From IMG/VR virus record IMGVR_UViG_3300009499_000008, positions 1 through 64,000 of that record: DNA of 64,000 nt, one strand, 5' to 3'. Positions 27,504-36,797 of this stretch are shown here, in pieces. This DNA is from a virus. The notes below the pieces were generated by a model. That model ran no database searches and was not told the origin of the DNA. It worked only from the letters and a program-made list of their open reading frames with translations. The first letter of the stretch is position 1. Each line of letters starts with the position of its first letter. Made by a program: the position numbers and the translations under genes.

Positions 27504-30020
27504 TTGCTCCTCGAAAATATATTCGCCGACCTGAAAACCAACGAACAAATCTTGGTCACTCATCGACCCTCCGCAGAGAAAGGTCTTCTGCCTGGGACTT
27601 TAGTGAACGACGTTGTAAGTGCCCTTGCTTATCAAGATCAATACAAAGACTGCTGTTGCTTTTTTGGCGTAGCTCCTCGTATCAGGGGCCAAAAAGAGGT
27701 GATTAGCAGGGTCACTTGTGTATGGGCCGATGTAGACGATAAAGATTTTGGCTCATCGGAAAGTGCCAAGACAGCCATCCAAGAAGTCCCTGCACTTCCT
27801 ACCTGTATTATTTCCAGCGGCCACGGTTTCCATGCTTATTGGAAATTACAAACTGCAGTAACCCCTAAAAGGGCGCAAGAGATCATGCGTGCTTTCTGCA
27901 ACGCCATCGGATCAGACCCAACGCATCATGCAGGATGGCGTTTGCGCATTCCAGGAAGTATAAACTTTAAGGAACCCGATCAGCCAATCCCTGTAAAAGT
28001 CATCGAATTCAACGAGCATCTAGCCTACGACTCCAACGATCTTTTGAGACTTTGCAAAGTTGTACAAAAAAGCAAGGACATGATGTGGTCTACAGAACTC
28101 CACAACAAAAAACTCTGGGAGTATCGTTCTCGCAGCGAACGCGATCTAGCCGTAATAATGGAGTTAGTAAGGTGCAAGATCTCCGACGCTGGGATAGAGC
28201 AACTATGTTTATCGCTTCCGTTTGGTGAAAGAATCCAAGAAGACGGTGGCCTCCGACTTTTACACAACTACGATCTTCCAAAGGCGAAGGATCGTGCAAA
28301 TCGAATACTCTCAACAAGTTTTCAAGAAAGTGCAAGTCACTGCTATTGGTACATCACAGATACCAAACGTAAAAAAGTAAGTACGTTCGTGATAAAACCA
28401 AAAAAGCTCCTAAGATCAGTCGAAAGCGGCGAAGATATAATTTTTGGTGGTGTGCAATCGCTCGATGGAGAAGTCGCTAGTCAAGCATTTCCTCGATCAG
28501 TATTCAATTCGACGATGAACTTTCTAAAACAGACAAAAAATGCTTCCTGGCAATGGTTGGGGACAGACTTTGAGATACGTAGCCTTCTTCCAGCACTCAT
28601 GGAGCGTCTTAGGGAGGATGATGCGCCCACAGCTTATGGAACTCAAATTTTAGGAAGGCAAAAAGATTTTTGGGTCACACAAAATATGACCTTCGACGCT
28701 AAAAGATTATACGAGGGCGATGATACTCCTTATGTCTACATCCCTACAGGCCGCAATCCACCCAAGCTGACTTATGAGTTCCCTGATTCGGCGAAGTATA
28801 CAAAGTTGATACAAAATATCTGCAAGTATCTACCAAGGATAAATCATGCCGATGTAATGACTACTATCATTGGGTGGTTTTTTGCAGCCCCATTAGCTAC
28901 GGTCTTTAGAGAGGCTAAGATTCATTTCCCACACCTAAATATCGTAGGAACCACTGGCAGCGGTAAGACAACTACTGTAGAGAGCATATTCTTGCCTTTA
29001 TTTGGCTATGATCCTCCAACGGCTTACTCTTATCACATGACAAGGTTTAGTTTAATTTCTTTATTCAGTTCTACCAACGCAGTCCCAATCTCCTTTGGTG
29101 ACTACAGAGCCATAAGTCGTTCTCAACGACACGCTGATTTCCTCGATATACTGCGTACTGCATATGACTGGCAGGTAGATGTACGAGGGAGGTCAGATCA
29201 AACAACGACAGAGTATCCACTCATTGCCCCTGTGTGTGTCGATGGTGAAGATGCTTTGGACGATACTACAGGCGCTATCAAAGAACGTGCTTTAATTGTA
29301 TATCTTCATCCAGACACTATCAAAGAGGGCAGTCCTCGTTATAAAGCTATGCAGACGTTGATCAAATATCCTTTGAGACTCTTCGCAGGTAGGTATATCC
29401 AATTTACTTTGGAATACAAACAAAAGGAGATTTCTGAAATGTTCGATGATGCTATGTCTGAGTTGTTTACGGTGTTTCCAGAAGTCCTACCAGACAGATT
29501 GCGAAAAAATCTCGCCGTCGCTGTAGTAGGAATCAAGTCATATAATGAATTCGCTAGGAGATATGGGGCAAAGATGATAAATTGGGATAGAGCGGACTTT
29601 ATGGCTACTCTAGACAACATCATGTTGAAGACAGTCACAGGGGGTACACGAATTGCGGTGGATAGTTTCGTCGAAGACGTGGTAAACTACGTGTCCTTGC
29701 GTAGCAGTCCAGAGCGGTTTAAGTGGCTTTATGACGATGAAGCAAATATCCTCTGGATACAAATTTATGCAGCGTGGGGTTGGTGGAAGACAGAGCGATC
29801 TCGACAGGGACGTGGCAGCATGGAATACAAGTCTATCGTGATTCAATTAGAGGAGCGTCAGAAGAAGTATGTGATCGGAACTAAGGCTATACCCATCTCT
29901 GGTGAGATGCGCAGATGCACTGGCATCCATCTAGGACGCTGTTTCAAGTGTGGATTAGAAGTACCCGATAGACTCTCGTTACACGAAGAAATCGGTGACA
30001 TCGGAGAGGATTACACATGA
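27504..30020 (+). CDS. Primase-helicase (RepB-like primase N-terminus plus DUF927-like P-loop NTPase)
   Basis: VWADVDD, SSGHGFHAYW, LRIPGSINFK; Walker A GTTGSGKTT. Confidence 0.85.
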   Translation: MLLENIFADLKTNEQILVTHRPSAEKGLLPGTLVNDVVSALAYQDQYKDCCCFFGVAPRIRGQKEVISRVTCVWADVDDKDFGSSESAKTAIQEVPALPTCIISSGHGFHAYWKLQTAVTPKRAQEIMRAFCNAIGSDPTHHAGWRLRIPGSINFKEPDQPIPVKVIEFNEHLAYDSNDLLRLCKVVQKSKDMMWSTELHNKKLWEYRSRSERDLAVIMELVRCKISDAGIEQLCLSLPFGERIQEDGGLRLLHNYDLPKAKDRANRILSTSFQESASHCYWYITDTKRKKVSTFVIKPKKLLRSVESGEDIIFGGVQSLDGEVASQAFPRSVFNSTMNFLKQTKNASWQWLGTDFEIRSLLPALMERLREDDAPTAYGTQILGRQKDFWVTQNMTFDAKRLYEGDDTPYVYIPTGRNPPKLTYEFPDSAKYTKLIQNICKYLPRINHADVMTTIIGWFFAAPLATVFREAKIHFPHLNIVGTTGSGKTTTVESIFLPLFGYDPPTAYSYHMTRFSLISLFSSTNAVPISFGDYRAISRSQRHADFLDILRTAYDWQVDVRGRSDQTTTEYPLIAPVCVDGEDALDDTTGAIKERALIVYLHPDTIKEGSPRYKAMQTLIKYPLRLFAGRYIQFTLEYKQKEISEMFDDAMSELFTVFPEVLPDRLRKNLAVAVVGIKSYNEFARRYGAKMINWDRADFMATLDNIMLKTVTGGTRIAVDSFVEDVVNYVSLRSSPERFKWLYDDEANILWIQIYAAWGWWKTERSRQGRGSMEYKSIVIQLEERQKKYVIGTKAIPISGEMRRCTGIHLGRCFKCGLEVPDRLSLHEEIGDIGEDYT

Positions 30021-30697
30021 GAGGAGGGATTAATGGAAGAGTGGGGCATTTGGGATGGTGGTGAATGGTGGACCGACAAAAATGGCTTAGTTTTTCATAC
30101 CACTGCAAAAGAGGTGGCTCTAGCTCAATTAGACTATATCTGGGAGCATTGGTTAACCAGAGATGGCGTGGGGCATTTCTCGGTCAAGTCTTTCCAAACA
30201 GGAGAAGTGATTCGGATTGTACACCCTGGATTGGCCCATGCAAAGTGGGAATATCGAGTGGCTATGGAACATAGGAGGATGTGATATGCAAACACCAACT
30301 ATATTAAGAGTCAGCTTGGAGCCTTTCAGCCCAGCCTGCGGCGGGGGTTTGGAAATGCAGGAGGATGTTTGGACGGTGTATGATATAAACACCAACAAAC
30401 CCATAGGCTTTGCATTGCTCTGCCCGTGGTGTGGAAAGGCGTTGAAGACTTCAGAAGTCGGTTGGCGAGAGAGGAAAGAGGAGGAACGATGACTTGGAAA
30501 GATCTTTGGCTTCCCTTAGCAAACGTAATTATGTTCTTTGTATTGTTTGGGAGTGCTCAATTTATCAGTGATAGTAATCCTGAAGAAGCTACGAGGCGTA
30601 GAATTCATGCTTTATGTTGGCTCAACTTAGGCTTTTTATTACTAGCGATTGCGGTTCTCAGTCACTTGGGAATAATCATTCCTGTTGGAGTTATACC

Positions 30698-32947
30698 GTG
30701 ACTGACTGCGCCTCCTGCCCACTTCAAGGTCAGAAACTCGTCTACGGGAATGGACCTGATAAGCCGCGTTACGTCGTAGTCGGTGAAGGCCCTGGGCGTG
30801 AGGAAGATAGGCAGGGTAAGGTCTTTGTGGGCGCAAGTGGTCAGCTTCTCCACAGGGCTATCAAACTCGCTGGTTTGACTGATATTTTCTTCACTAATAC
30901 AACGTTTTGTTATCCAACTGATACGAAATATAAAGTCCCTGCCGCTCATTGTTGCCGTGAGCGTTTGATACAAGAGATTCGAGAACACGAGCCTGAACTG
31001 ATCATCACTCTGGGAGCCATTGCTACAGATATTCTATTAGGTAAGGAGGCTGGAATCACCTTGCGTCGTGGTCGCGTATCTTACTCTGAAGAACTAGGGG
31101 TTGAAGTCTTACCTGCTATTCATCCTGCCGCTGTGCTTCGTGATATAAATTACTATAGAGACGTTTTGTTTGATTTGAAGAAGGCACGTTTTTGGTTTAT
31201 GCCTTCCTATCGTAGTAGTTACGATTTATCTCAACCAGATGTCGATTGGTCTATCGTCGATGATCCAAAGCAAGTATTCGATGCTTTATCGAATTCACCG
31301 ATGGCTGTCTTCGATATTGAAACTTCCAGTCTTGATCCCCTAGACTGCGAGATCCTCTGTGGCGTCGTAGCTACTAAAGAAAGCATCTTGGTTCTTTCAA
31401 AGACTCTAGCCAACAACGTTTCCTTTATGACTTCATTGGCTGAGTACGATACGTGTTGGATTGGGCACAACTTTAAGTTCGACCGCAAAGTATTGAAGGC
31501 ACGCCTTGGCGTAGATTTCCAATTCGATTTCGATACTATGTTAGCTCATTACATCCTCGATGAGCGCACTAAGAAACGTAAGGGTAATCACGGCTTGAAG
31601 CATCTTGCAAGAGTTTATTTGAATGCCCACGACTGGGATGTGAAGCTCCCCAGAAAAAAGAGTTATGCTGATTTGTCACAGGAGGTGCTTTATAAGTATA
31701 CTATGTGGGACGGTTTCTATACGTATAGATTGGCAGAATACTTTATAAAAGCCCTTGAAAGATATCCTAAGCAACGAGCTGTTGTGGATAATATCTTAGT
31801 ACCACTTGCAAATGTCTTGGCAGATGTGGAGCTCTTTGGTACTAGAATCGATCTTGCCGAGGTGCAACGAGTCGATGAACAACTCGGCGGTGAGTTAGAA
31901 CAGCTACGAATCTATCTTAGAGAATTGGCTGGACACGAATTCAATCCTAACAGCACCCAACAACTGGCAAAGATTTTGTTTGATGAATTCAAACTACCAC
32001 AAATCAAGAAACGTTCCACTGACAAAGAAGTATTGGCTAAACTCAAAGGACATCCTTTTGTAGAGGAGTTACTTAAATATCGCAAATTGAAAAAGTTACA
32101 CTCCACCTATGTTGTTTCTCTGGCAAAGGATGCACACAGTGGCAGGGTACACACGCAATTTCATATTCCTGGCACAGTCACAGGACGATTGAGTTCCAGA
32201 GGGCCAAACTTACAAAATCAGCCTGCTGATACACCACTTATTCGTAACTTCTTTGTCGCTGATGAAGGTATGAAACTTATTTATGCTGACTTGTCTCAAG
32301 CAGAATTTAGAGTGATGGCCATCTTATCTGGCGATCCCTTCCTAATAAATACATATAAAAAGGGCGGGGATCTCCATGATGAGATGGCCAAAACTCTCTT
32401 CGGCCCAGACTTCAATCCTGTGGAACGAGGGATAGCTAAATCCTGTAATTTTGGATTAGCCTATGGTATGGGTATAAAACGTATGGTAACTAATGTCAAT
32501 GTTCCTGGTGTTGACTACTATCAAGCTGAACGAATTGTCCGAGAATACTTTACTAGAATTCCTCGTTTTGTACGCTGGCGCGAGGAAATCCAAAATAGGA
32601 TCATCAAAGACCGTTATTTAGAGACTTCTCTGGGTAGGCGTAGGCGTTTTCCCTACATATCCAGAAGATTCAGAGGAGAAGTCTTTCGTCAAGGAATCAA
32701 CTTCTTACCTCAATCAATCGCTAGCGACATTACCGTGCTTTCTTTGATAAAGATCGCGCAAAAAACTCAAGTATTACTTACCGTCCACGACTCAATATTA
32801 TGTCAAGCACCCAAGGAGATCGCACAAGAGATAGTTACTGAGATCGCTGAAATCATGCAAACTACAGCAGCAGAAGTCTGCGGTGACAGAATACCATTTT
32901 TAGTTAGCATCGCCGTCGGCGATAGATGGGGGGAATTAGATGTCTAA
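30698..32947 (+). CDS. polA: Family A DNA polymerase with N-terminal family-4 uracil-DNA glycosylase-like domain and 3'-5' exonuclease
   Basis: CASCPL, GEGPG..ED..G..FVGASG, HPAAVLR; exonuclease FDIET, HNFKFD; polymerase TGRLSS, DLSQAEFR, AKSCNFGLAYG, VHDS; GTG start at 30698. Confidence 0.95.
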   Translation: MTDCASCPLQGQKLVYGNGPDKPRYVVVGEGPGREEDRQGKVFVGASGQLLHRAIKLAGLTDIFFTNTTFCYPTDTKYKVPAAHCCRERLIQEIREHEPELIITLGAIATDILLGKEAGITLRRGRVSYSEELGVEVLPAIHPAAVLRDINYYRDVLFDLKKARFWFMPSYRSSYDLSQPDVDWSIVDDPKQVFDALSNSPMAVFDIETSSLDPLDCEILCGVVATKESILVLSKTLANNVSFMTSLAEYDTCWIGHNFKFDRKVLKARLGVDFQFDFDTMLAHYILDERTKKRKGNHGLKHLARVYLNAHDWDVKLPRKKSYADLSQEVLYKYTMWDGFYTYRLAEYFIKALERYPKQRAVVDNILVPLANVLADVELFGTRIDLAEVQRVDEQLGGELEQLRIYLRELAGHEFNPNSTQQLAKILFDEFKLPQIKKRSTDKEVLAKLKGHPFVEELLKYRKLKKLHSTYVVSLAKDAHSGRVHTQFHIPGTVTGRLSSRGPNLQNQPADTPLIRNFFVADEGMKLIYADLSQAEFRVMAILSGDPFLINTYKKGGDLHDEMAKTLFGPDFNPVERGIAKSCNFGLAYGMGIKRMVTNVNVPGVDYYQAERIVREYFTRIPRFVRWREEIQNRIIKDRYLETSLGRRRRFPYISRRFRGEVFRQGINFLPQSIASDITVLSLIKIAQKTQVLLTVHDSILCQAPKEIAQEIVTEIAEIMQTTAAEVCGDRIPFLVSIAVGDRWGELDV

Positions 32948-33139
32948 ACTTATGCCAAACTTAGTCGAGGCAAATTGTGGAAGCTGTGCTCACTGTGAGC
33001 GACTTTACTATGAAGACTTTATGGGATTTCTTCTGGAGACTGCTTCCGCTGATAGAAAACAGCTTGCTTTGGGGCGTTGTATTTCCAAAAATTTATTGGT
33101 GACATTAGTGAGTTCCTGCAAGGAATGGAAAGATACAAT

Positions 33140-33748
33140 ATGAACAATATACAACTTTATCACGGTGACTGCTTAGAAGTGATGAAGATGCTGCCTGATG
33201 CCTCTGTGGACGCAGTAATAACTGATCCTCCATATCTACGAAAGTATCTTCCACTATATGGTCTGATGGCGGCAGAATTACCAAGACTACTCAAACGAGG
33301 AGGTAGTTTATTGGCAATAGTGCCCCACTATGCAATGCCAGAAGTTTTAACTATGGTAGGACGGTATCTCAAATATCGCTGGATATGTTGTATGTGGCAG
33401 ATGGTTGGGAATCATCCGCGTATGGCGATGGGAATAGAAGTAATATGGAAACCTATAGTATGGTGGGTGAATAAAGCATGGCCGCAGAGACGTGGTTTTG
33501 TTCGAGATGGCTTTGAGAATGTACAACCTACAAAGTTATTACATAAATGGGAACAGTCTTTGAGTTGGGCTGAGTATTGTTTGCGATTTGTACCAGCGGG
33601 AGCCGCTGTGATCGATCCTTTTATGGGTAGCGGAACAACTGGCGTGGCCTGCATCCAAGCGGGGCACAACTTTATCGGTATTGAGATCGATGAGGGATAT
33701 TTTAACGTCGCCAAGCAACGCATCGAGGAGGCGCAACGAACATGCTAA
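33140..33748 (+). CDS. N6A/N4C DNA methyltransferase (beta class)
   Basis: TDPPY then DPFMGSGTTG; ATGA overlap supports start 33140. Confidence 0.9.
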   Translation: MNNIQLYHGDCLEVMKMLPDASVDAVITDPPYLRKYLPLYGLMAAELPRLLKRGGSLLAIVPHYAMPEVLTMVGRYLKYRWICCMWQMVGNHPRMAMGIEVIWKPIVWWVNKAWPQRRGFVRDGFENVQPTKLLHKWEQSLSWAEYCLRFVPAGAAVIDPFMGSGTTGVACIQAGHNFIGIEIDEGYFNVAKQRIEEAQRTC

Positions 33749-35814
33749 CAACAATCAAAAAACGCGACGGAAGAGTAGTCACATTCAATCAACAAAAGAT
33801 AACTAATGCTATTTTCAAAGCTGCACAATCAGTCGGCGGCGATGATATGTCGCTTGCAGTGCATAATTCTAACGACGTTCTTCGTGTGCTCAGAGAACGC
33901 TTCAACACAAATACGCCTACTGTGGAAGACATCCAAGACGTTGTTGAGGAAATCCTCATCAAAAATGGACACGCCAAGACTGCTAAGGCATATATTCTAT
34001 ACAGGGACTTACACAGAAAGCTCAGGGATGTCCGCGCATTGATAGATGCCAACGAACTTATCAACGGTTACTTGGATAGGACCGATTGGAGAGTACAAGA
34101 GAACGCTAATATGGGATATTCCTTACAAGGACTCAATAATCATATATTCACTGAAGTAAACCGCACTTATTGGTTGAATTCTTTGTATCCACGAGAAGCT
34201 AGAGACGCACATATCAGTGGTGATTTGCACATCCACGATCTTTATTTGCTCGCGCCATACTGCACAGGATGGGATTTAGAGGACTTGCTTATCATGGGCT
34301 TTGGTGGTGCTCCTGGTAAGTTAGAGTGCGCTCCTGCAAAACATCTTTCATCTGCTTTAGGACAGGTGGTGAACTTTTTATACACAGTTCAAGGTGAGGT
34401 AGCTGGAGCAATTGCTTTCTCTAATTTCGACACCTTACTCGCTCCTTTTATTTCTTTTGATAGTTTGAGCAAACAAGAGGTGCGACAGCAGCTTCAAGAG
34501 TTCATCTTTAATATGAATGTGCCTACACGGGTGGGCTTCCAATCGATATTTTCTAATATCACTTTAGATCTTATCGTACCAGAACATCTAAAAGAGGAAA
34601 ATATAATCATTGGCGGTGAGGCATATGATGAAGTATACGGAGACTTTCAAGCGGAGATGGACTTACTGAATGAGTGCTTGCTCGAAATTATGTTAGAAGG
34701 CGATGCTGCTGGAAAGCCCTTTACTTTCCCTATACCTACAGTGAATATCACCAAAGACTTTGATTGGGACAACCCACGATATAATCCCCTGTGGGAAATC
34801 ACTCGAAAGTATGGCATTCCTTATTTCGCCAATTTCGTCAATTCCAACCTCTGCCCTGATGATGTGAGAAGTATGTGTTGTCGATTGCAACTTGACATAA
34901 CCGACCTAATGCGTCGCGCAGGGGGCTTATTTGGTTCAGCCCCTTCAACAGGCTCCATCGGAGTAGTAACGCTAAATCTTGCTAGAATAGGCTATTTGAC
35001 CAAAAACAAGGAGGAATTTCTTCAACGAGTCGGCGAACTCATGGACGTTGCCAAAGACAGTCTTTTGACTAAACGAAAGATCGTAGAACAATTCACTGAG
35101 CAGGGGCTTTATCCCTACTCGAAGCACTACTTAGTTTACACCAAGGAGCGTTTCGGCGGCTGGTGGAGTGGCCATTTCAATACTATAGGCTTGTGTGGTA
35201 TGAACGAAGCTATGTTAAACCTTTTGAAGAGGGGTTTAGTTTCAGCAGAGGCTAGGAGTTTCTCTAAAGAAGTTTTGGAGTTTATGAATGAGAGACTCTT
35301 GCAATATCAAAATGACACAGGGCAATTATTCAACCTCGAAGCCACTCCAGCGGAGAGTACAGCTTATCGCTTCGCTCTTTTAGATAAAGCAGCCTATCCT
35401 GATATAATCACCGCTGGAGAAGATACGCCATATTACACGAATAGCACACAGTTACCAGTGAATGCCACCGACGATCTATTTCAGGCACTTGAATGGCAGG
35501 ATGAAACTTTGCCCTTGTACACAGGTGGAAGTGTCTTTCATGCCTTCTTGGGTGAGCAGATGCCCTCCGCCACCGCTGTGAAGAGTCTCGTGCAGAAGAT
35601 AGCCACAAAGTTTAGACTTCCCTATTTTACAATAACTCCGACGTTTTCCATCTGCCCGAACCACGGTTATCTGAATGGCGAAAAAGAGGAATGTCCTAAC
35701 TGTAATGAGAATCCATTGATTTACAGTCGCGTGGTCGGCTATCTGCGGCCTGTGAGTGAATGGAATGCTGGAAAGGTCAGTGAATACAAAGATAGGAGGG
35801 TATTTGAGATATGA
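33742..35814 (+). CDS. nrdD: Class III anaerobic ribonucleoside-triphosphate reductase with ATP cone
   Basis: IKKRDG ATP cone, HIHDL, SMCCRL, EATPAES, zinc CPNHG/CPNC, glycyl-radical YSRVVGYLRPV. Confidence 0.95.
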   Translation: MLTTIKKRDGRVVTFNQQKITNAIFKAAQSVGGDDMSLAVHNSNDVLRVLRERFNTNTPTVEDIQDVVEEILIKNGHAKTAKAYILYRDLHRKLRDVRALIDANELINGYLDRTDWRVQENANMGYSLQGLNNHIFTEVNRTYWLNSLYPREARDAHISGDLHIHDLYLLAPYCTGWDLEDLLIMGFGGAPGKLECAPAKHLSSALGQVVNFLYTVQGEVAGAIAFSNFDTLLAPFISFDSLSKQEVRQQLQEFIFNMNVPTRVGFQSIFSNITLDLIVPEHLKEENIIIGGEAYDEVYGDFQAEMDLLNECLLEIMLEGDAAGKPFTFPIPTVNITKDFDWDNPRYNPLWEITRKYGIPYFANFVNSNLCPDDVRSMCCRLQLDITDLMRRAGGLFGSAPSTGSIGVVTLNLARIGYLTKNKEEFLQRVGELMDVAKDSLLTKRKIVEQFTEQGLYPYSKHYLVYTKERFGGWWSGHFNTIGLCGMNEAMLNLLKRGLVSAEARSFSKEVLEFMNERLLQYQNDTGQLFNLEATPAESTAYRFALLDKAAYPDIITAGEDTPYYTNSTQLPVNATDDLFQALEWQDETLPLYTGGSVFHAFLGEQMPSATAVKSLVQKIATKFRLPYFTITPTFSICPNHGYLNGEKEECPNCNENPLIYSRVVGYLRPVSEWNAGKVSEYKDRRVFEI

Positions 35815-36041
35815 ATCTCTATGAAATTACAACTGGTGGTTGGGGTGAGAGTTATCTGCGAGCCTATGCTTGGGCAGCGTCTGAGGAGCAAACTCTAAAG
35901 ATGGGAGAGAAAGAATATGGTATGTCCTTTGATACACCCTTTAGTGATAGACGATTATTAATTAAGATCCGTTTGCTTTTCAGTGATGATGCTGAACCAT
36001 TTTGTACACCATTTAGTGATACTGGATTTGACGATGAGTAA

Positions 36042-36081
36042 TGCACCCAAAATAGGGGCAATTGCACCCAAATCAGGTGCG
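36042..36081. repeat. Tandem pair of 19-bp imperfect palindromes (left copy)
   Basis: TGCACCC-AAAAT-AGGGGCA, AT, TGCACCC-AAATC-AGGTGCG. Confidence 0.75.
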
Positions 36082-36096
36082 CCCAGAGGAGGAGCG

Positions 36097-36393
36097 ATGA
36101 AACTGACTGAGCCACAGAAGCAGGTGCTGAGGACGATGCTGGAGTTTGACAGCATAATCTCTGTGGTTCCTTGGGGCGGGCGATGGGACATATCGGCGAT
36201 TCCCGATTTAGAGTATGGACCATTCCGACCGCGTGTCGCGACTCTGCGCGTCCTCAGGCGGCTGGGACTCTTGCACCGCGAGCCTATAGGCGGCCTCGAA
36301 TTTGAATTCTCCCTCGCCCCCAAGGGCCGCGAGATTGCCGAGGAGTTGCAGGATGAGCCTGGAGGCTCTGCCAGGGGTGTACGAGGTCAATGA
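36097..36393 (+). CDS. Winged-helix-like protein (start corrected from 35983)
   Basis: GAGGAGG RBS; MKLTEPQKQVL...TLRVLRRLGLL...LAPKGRE. Confidence 0.65.
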   Translation: MKLTEPQKQVLRTMLEFDSIISVVPWGGRWDISAIPDLEYGPFRPRVATLRVLRRLGLLHREPIGGLEFEFSLAPKGREIAEELQDEPGGSARGVRGQ

Positions 36394-36454
36394 GTGCGGG
36401 CTTGTCCGACGGGGCAAGCGGATAGGCGGGGCTTGACAGCGAGAAGGAGGACAC

Positions 36455-36730
36455 ATGCTGAAGGTAGGTGATCGAGTGAGAATCTGTCTAGGCAGTCATT
36501 TCTCTAGGCTACCATCGCGTCTCATTGGGCAGGGGGGAATAATCATATATCTCGAACCGCAGGAATGTGAGTTCCCAATGCAGATAGTGCATATTGATGG
36601 CGAAGGCGAGATTGACTGCTATAAGGATGAACTGGAGCTCGTGCTGGCAGGCGAGGAACAAGAGGAAGCTGCTGAACGAGCCCAGGCCAAGACTCTGCTG
36701 AACGCGCTAGATGAAATCTGGGGCATATGA
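36455..36730 (+). CDS. Small SH3/KOW-like beta-barrel protein
   Basis: LKVGDRVRI...G.GGII...ELELV. Confidence 0.55.
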   Translation: MLKVGDRVRICLGSHFSRLPSRLIGQGGIIIYLEPQECEFPMQIVHIDGEGEIDCYKDELELVLAGEEQEEAAERAQAKTLLNALDEIWGI

Positions 36731-36744
36731 GGCCCCGCGCTAAC

Positions 36745-36784
36745 CGTACCCAAATCGGATACGATTGCACCCAAAATGGGTACA
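36745..36784. repeat. Tandem pair of 19-bp imperfect palindromes (right copy)
   Basis: CGTACCC-AAATC-GGATACG, AT, TGCACCC-AAAAT-GGGTACA. Confidence 0.75.
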
Positions 36785-36797
36785 GAAAGGGAAGATT

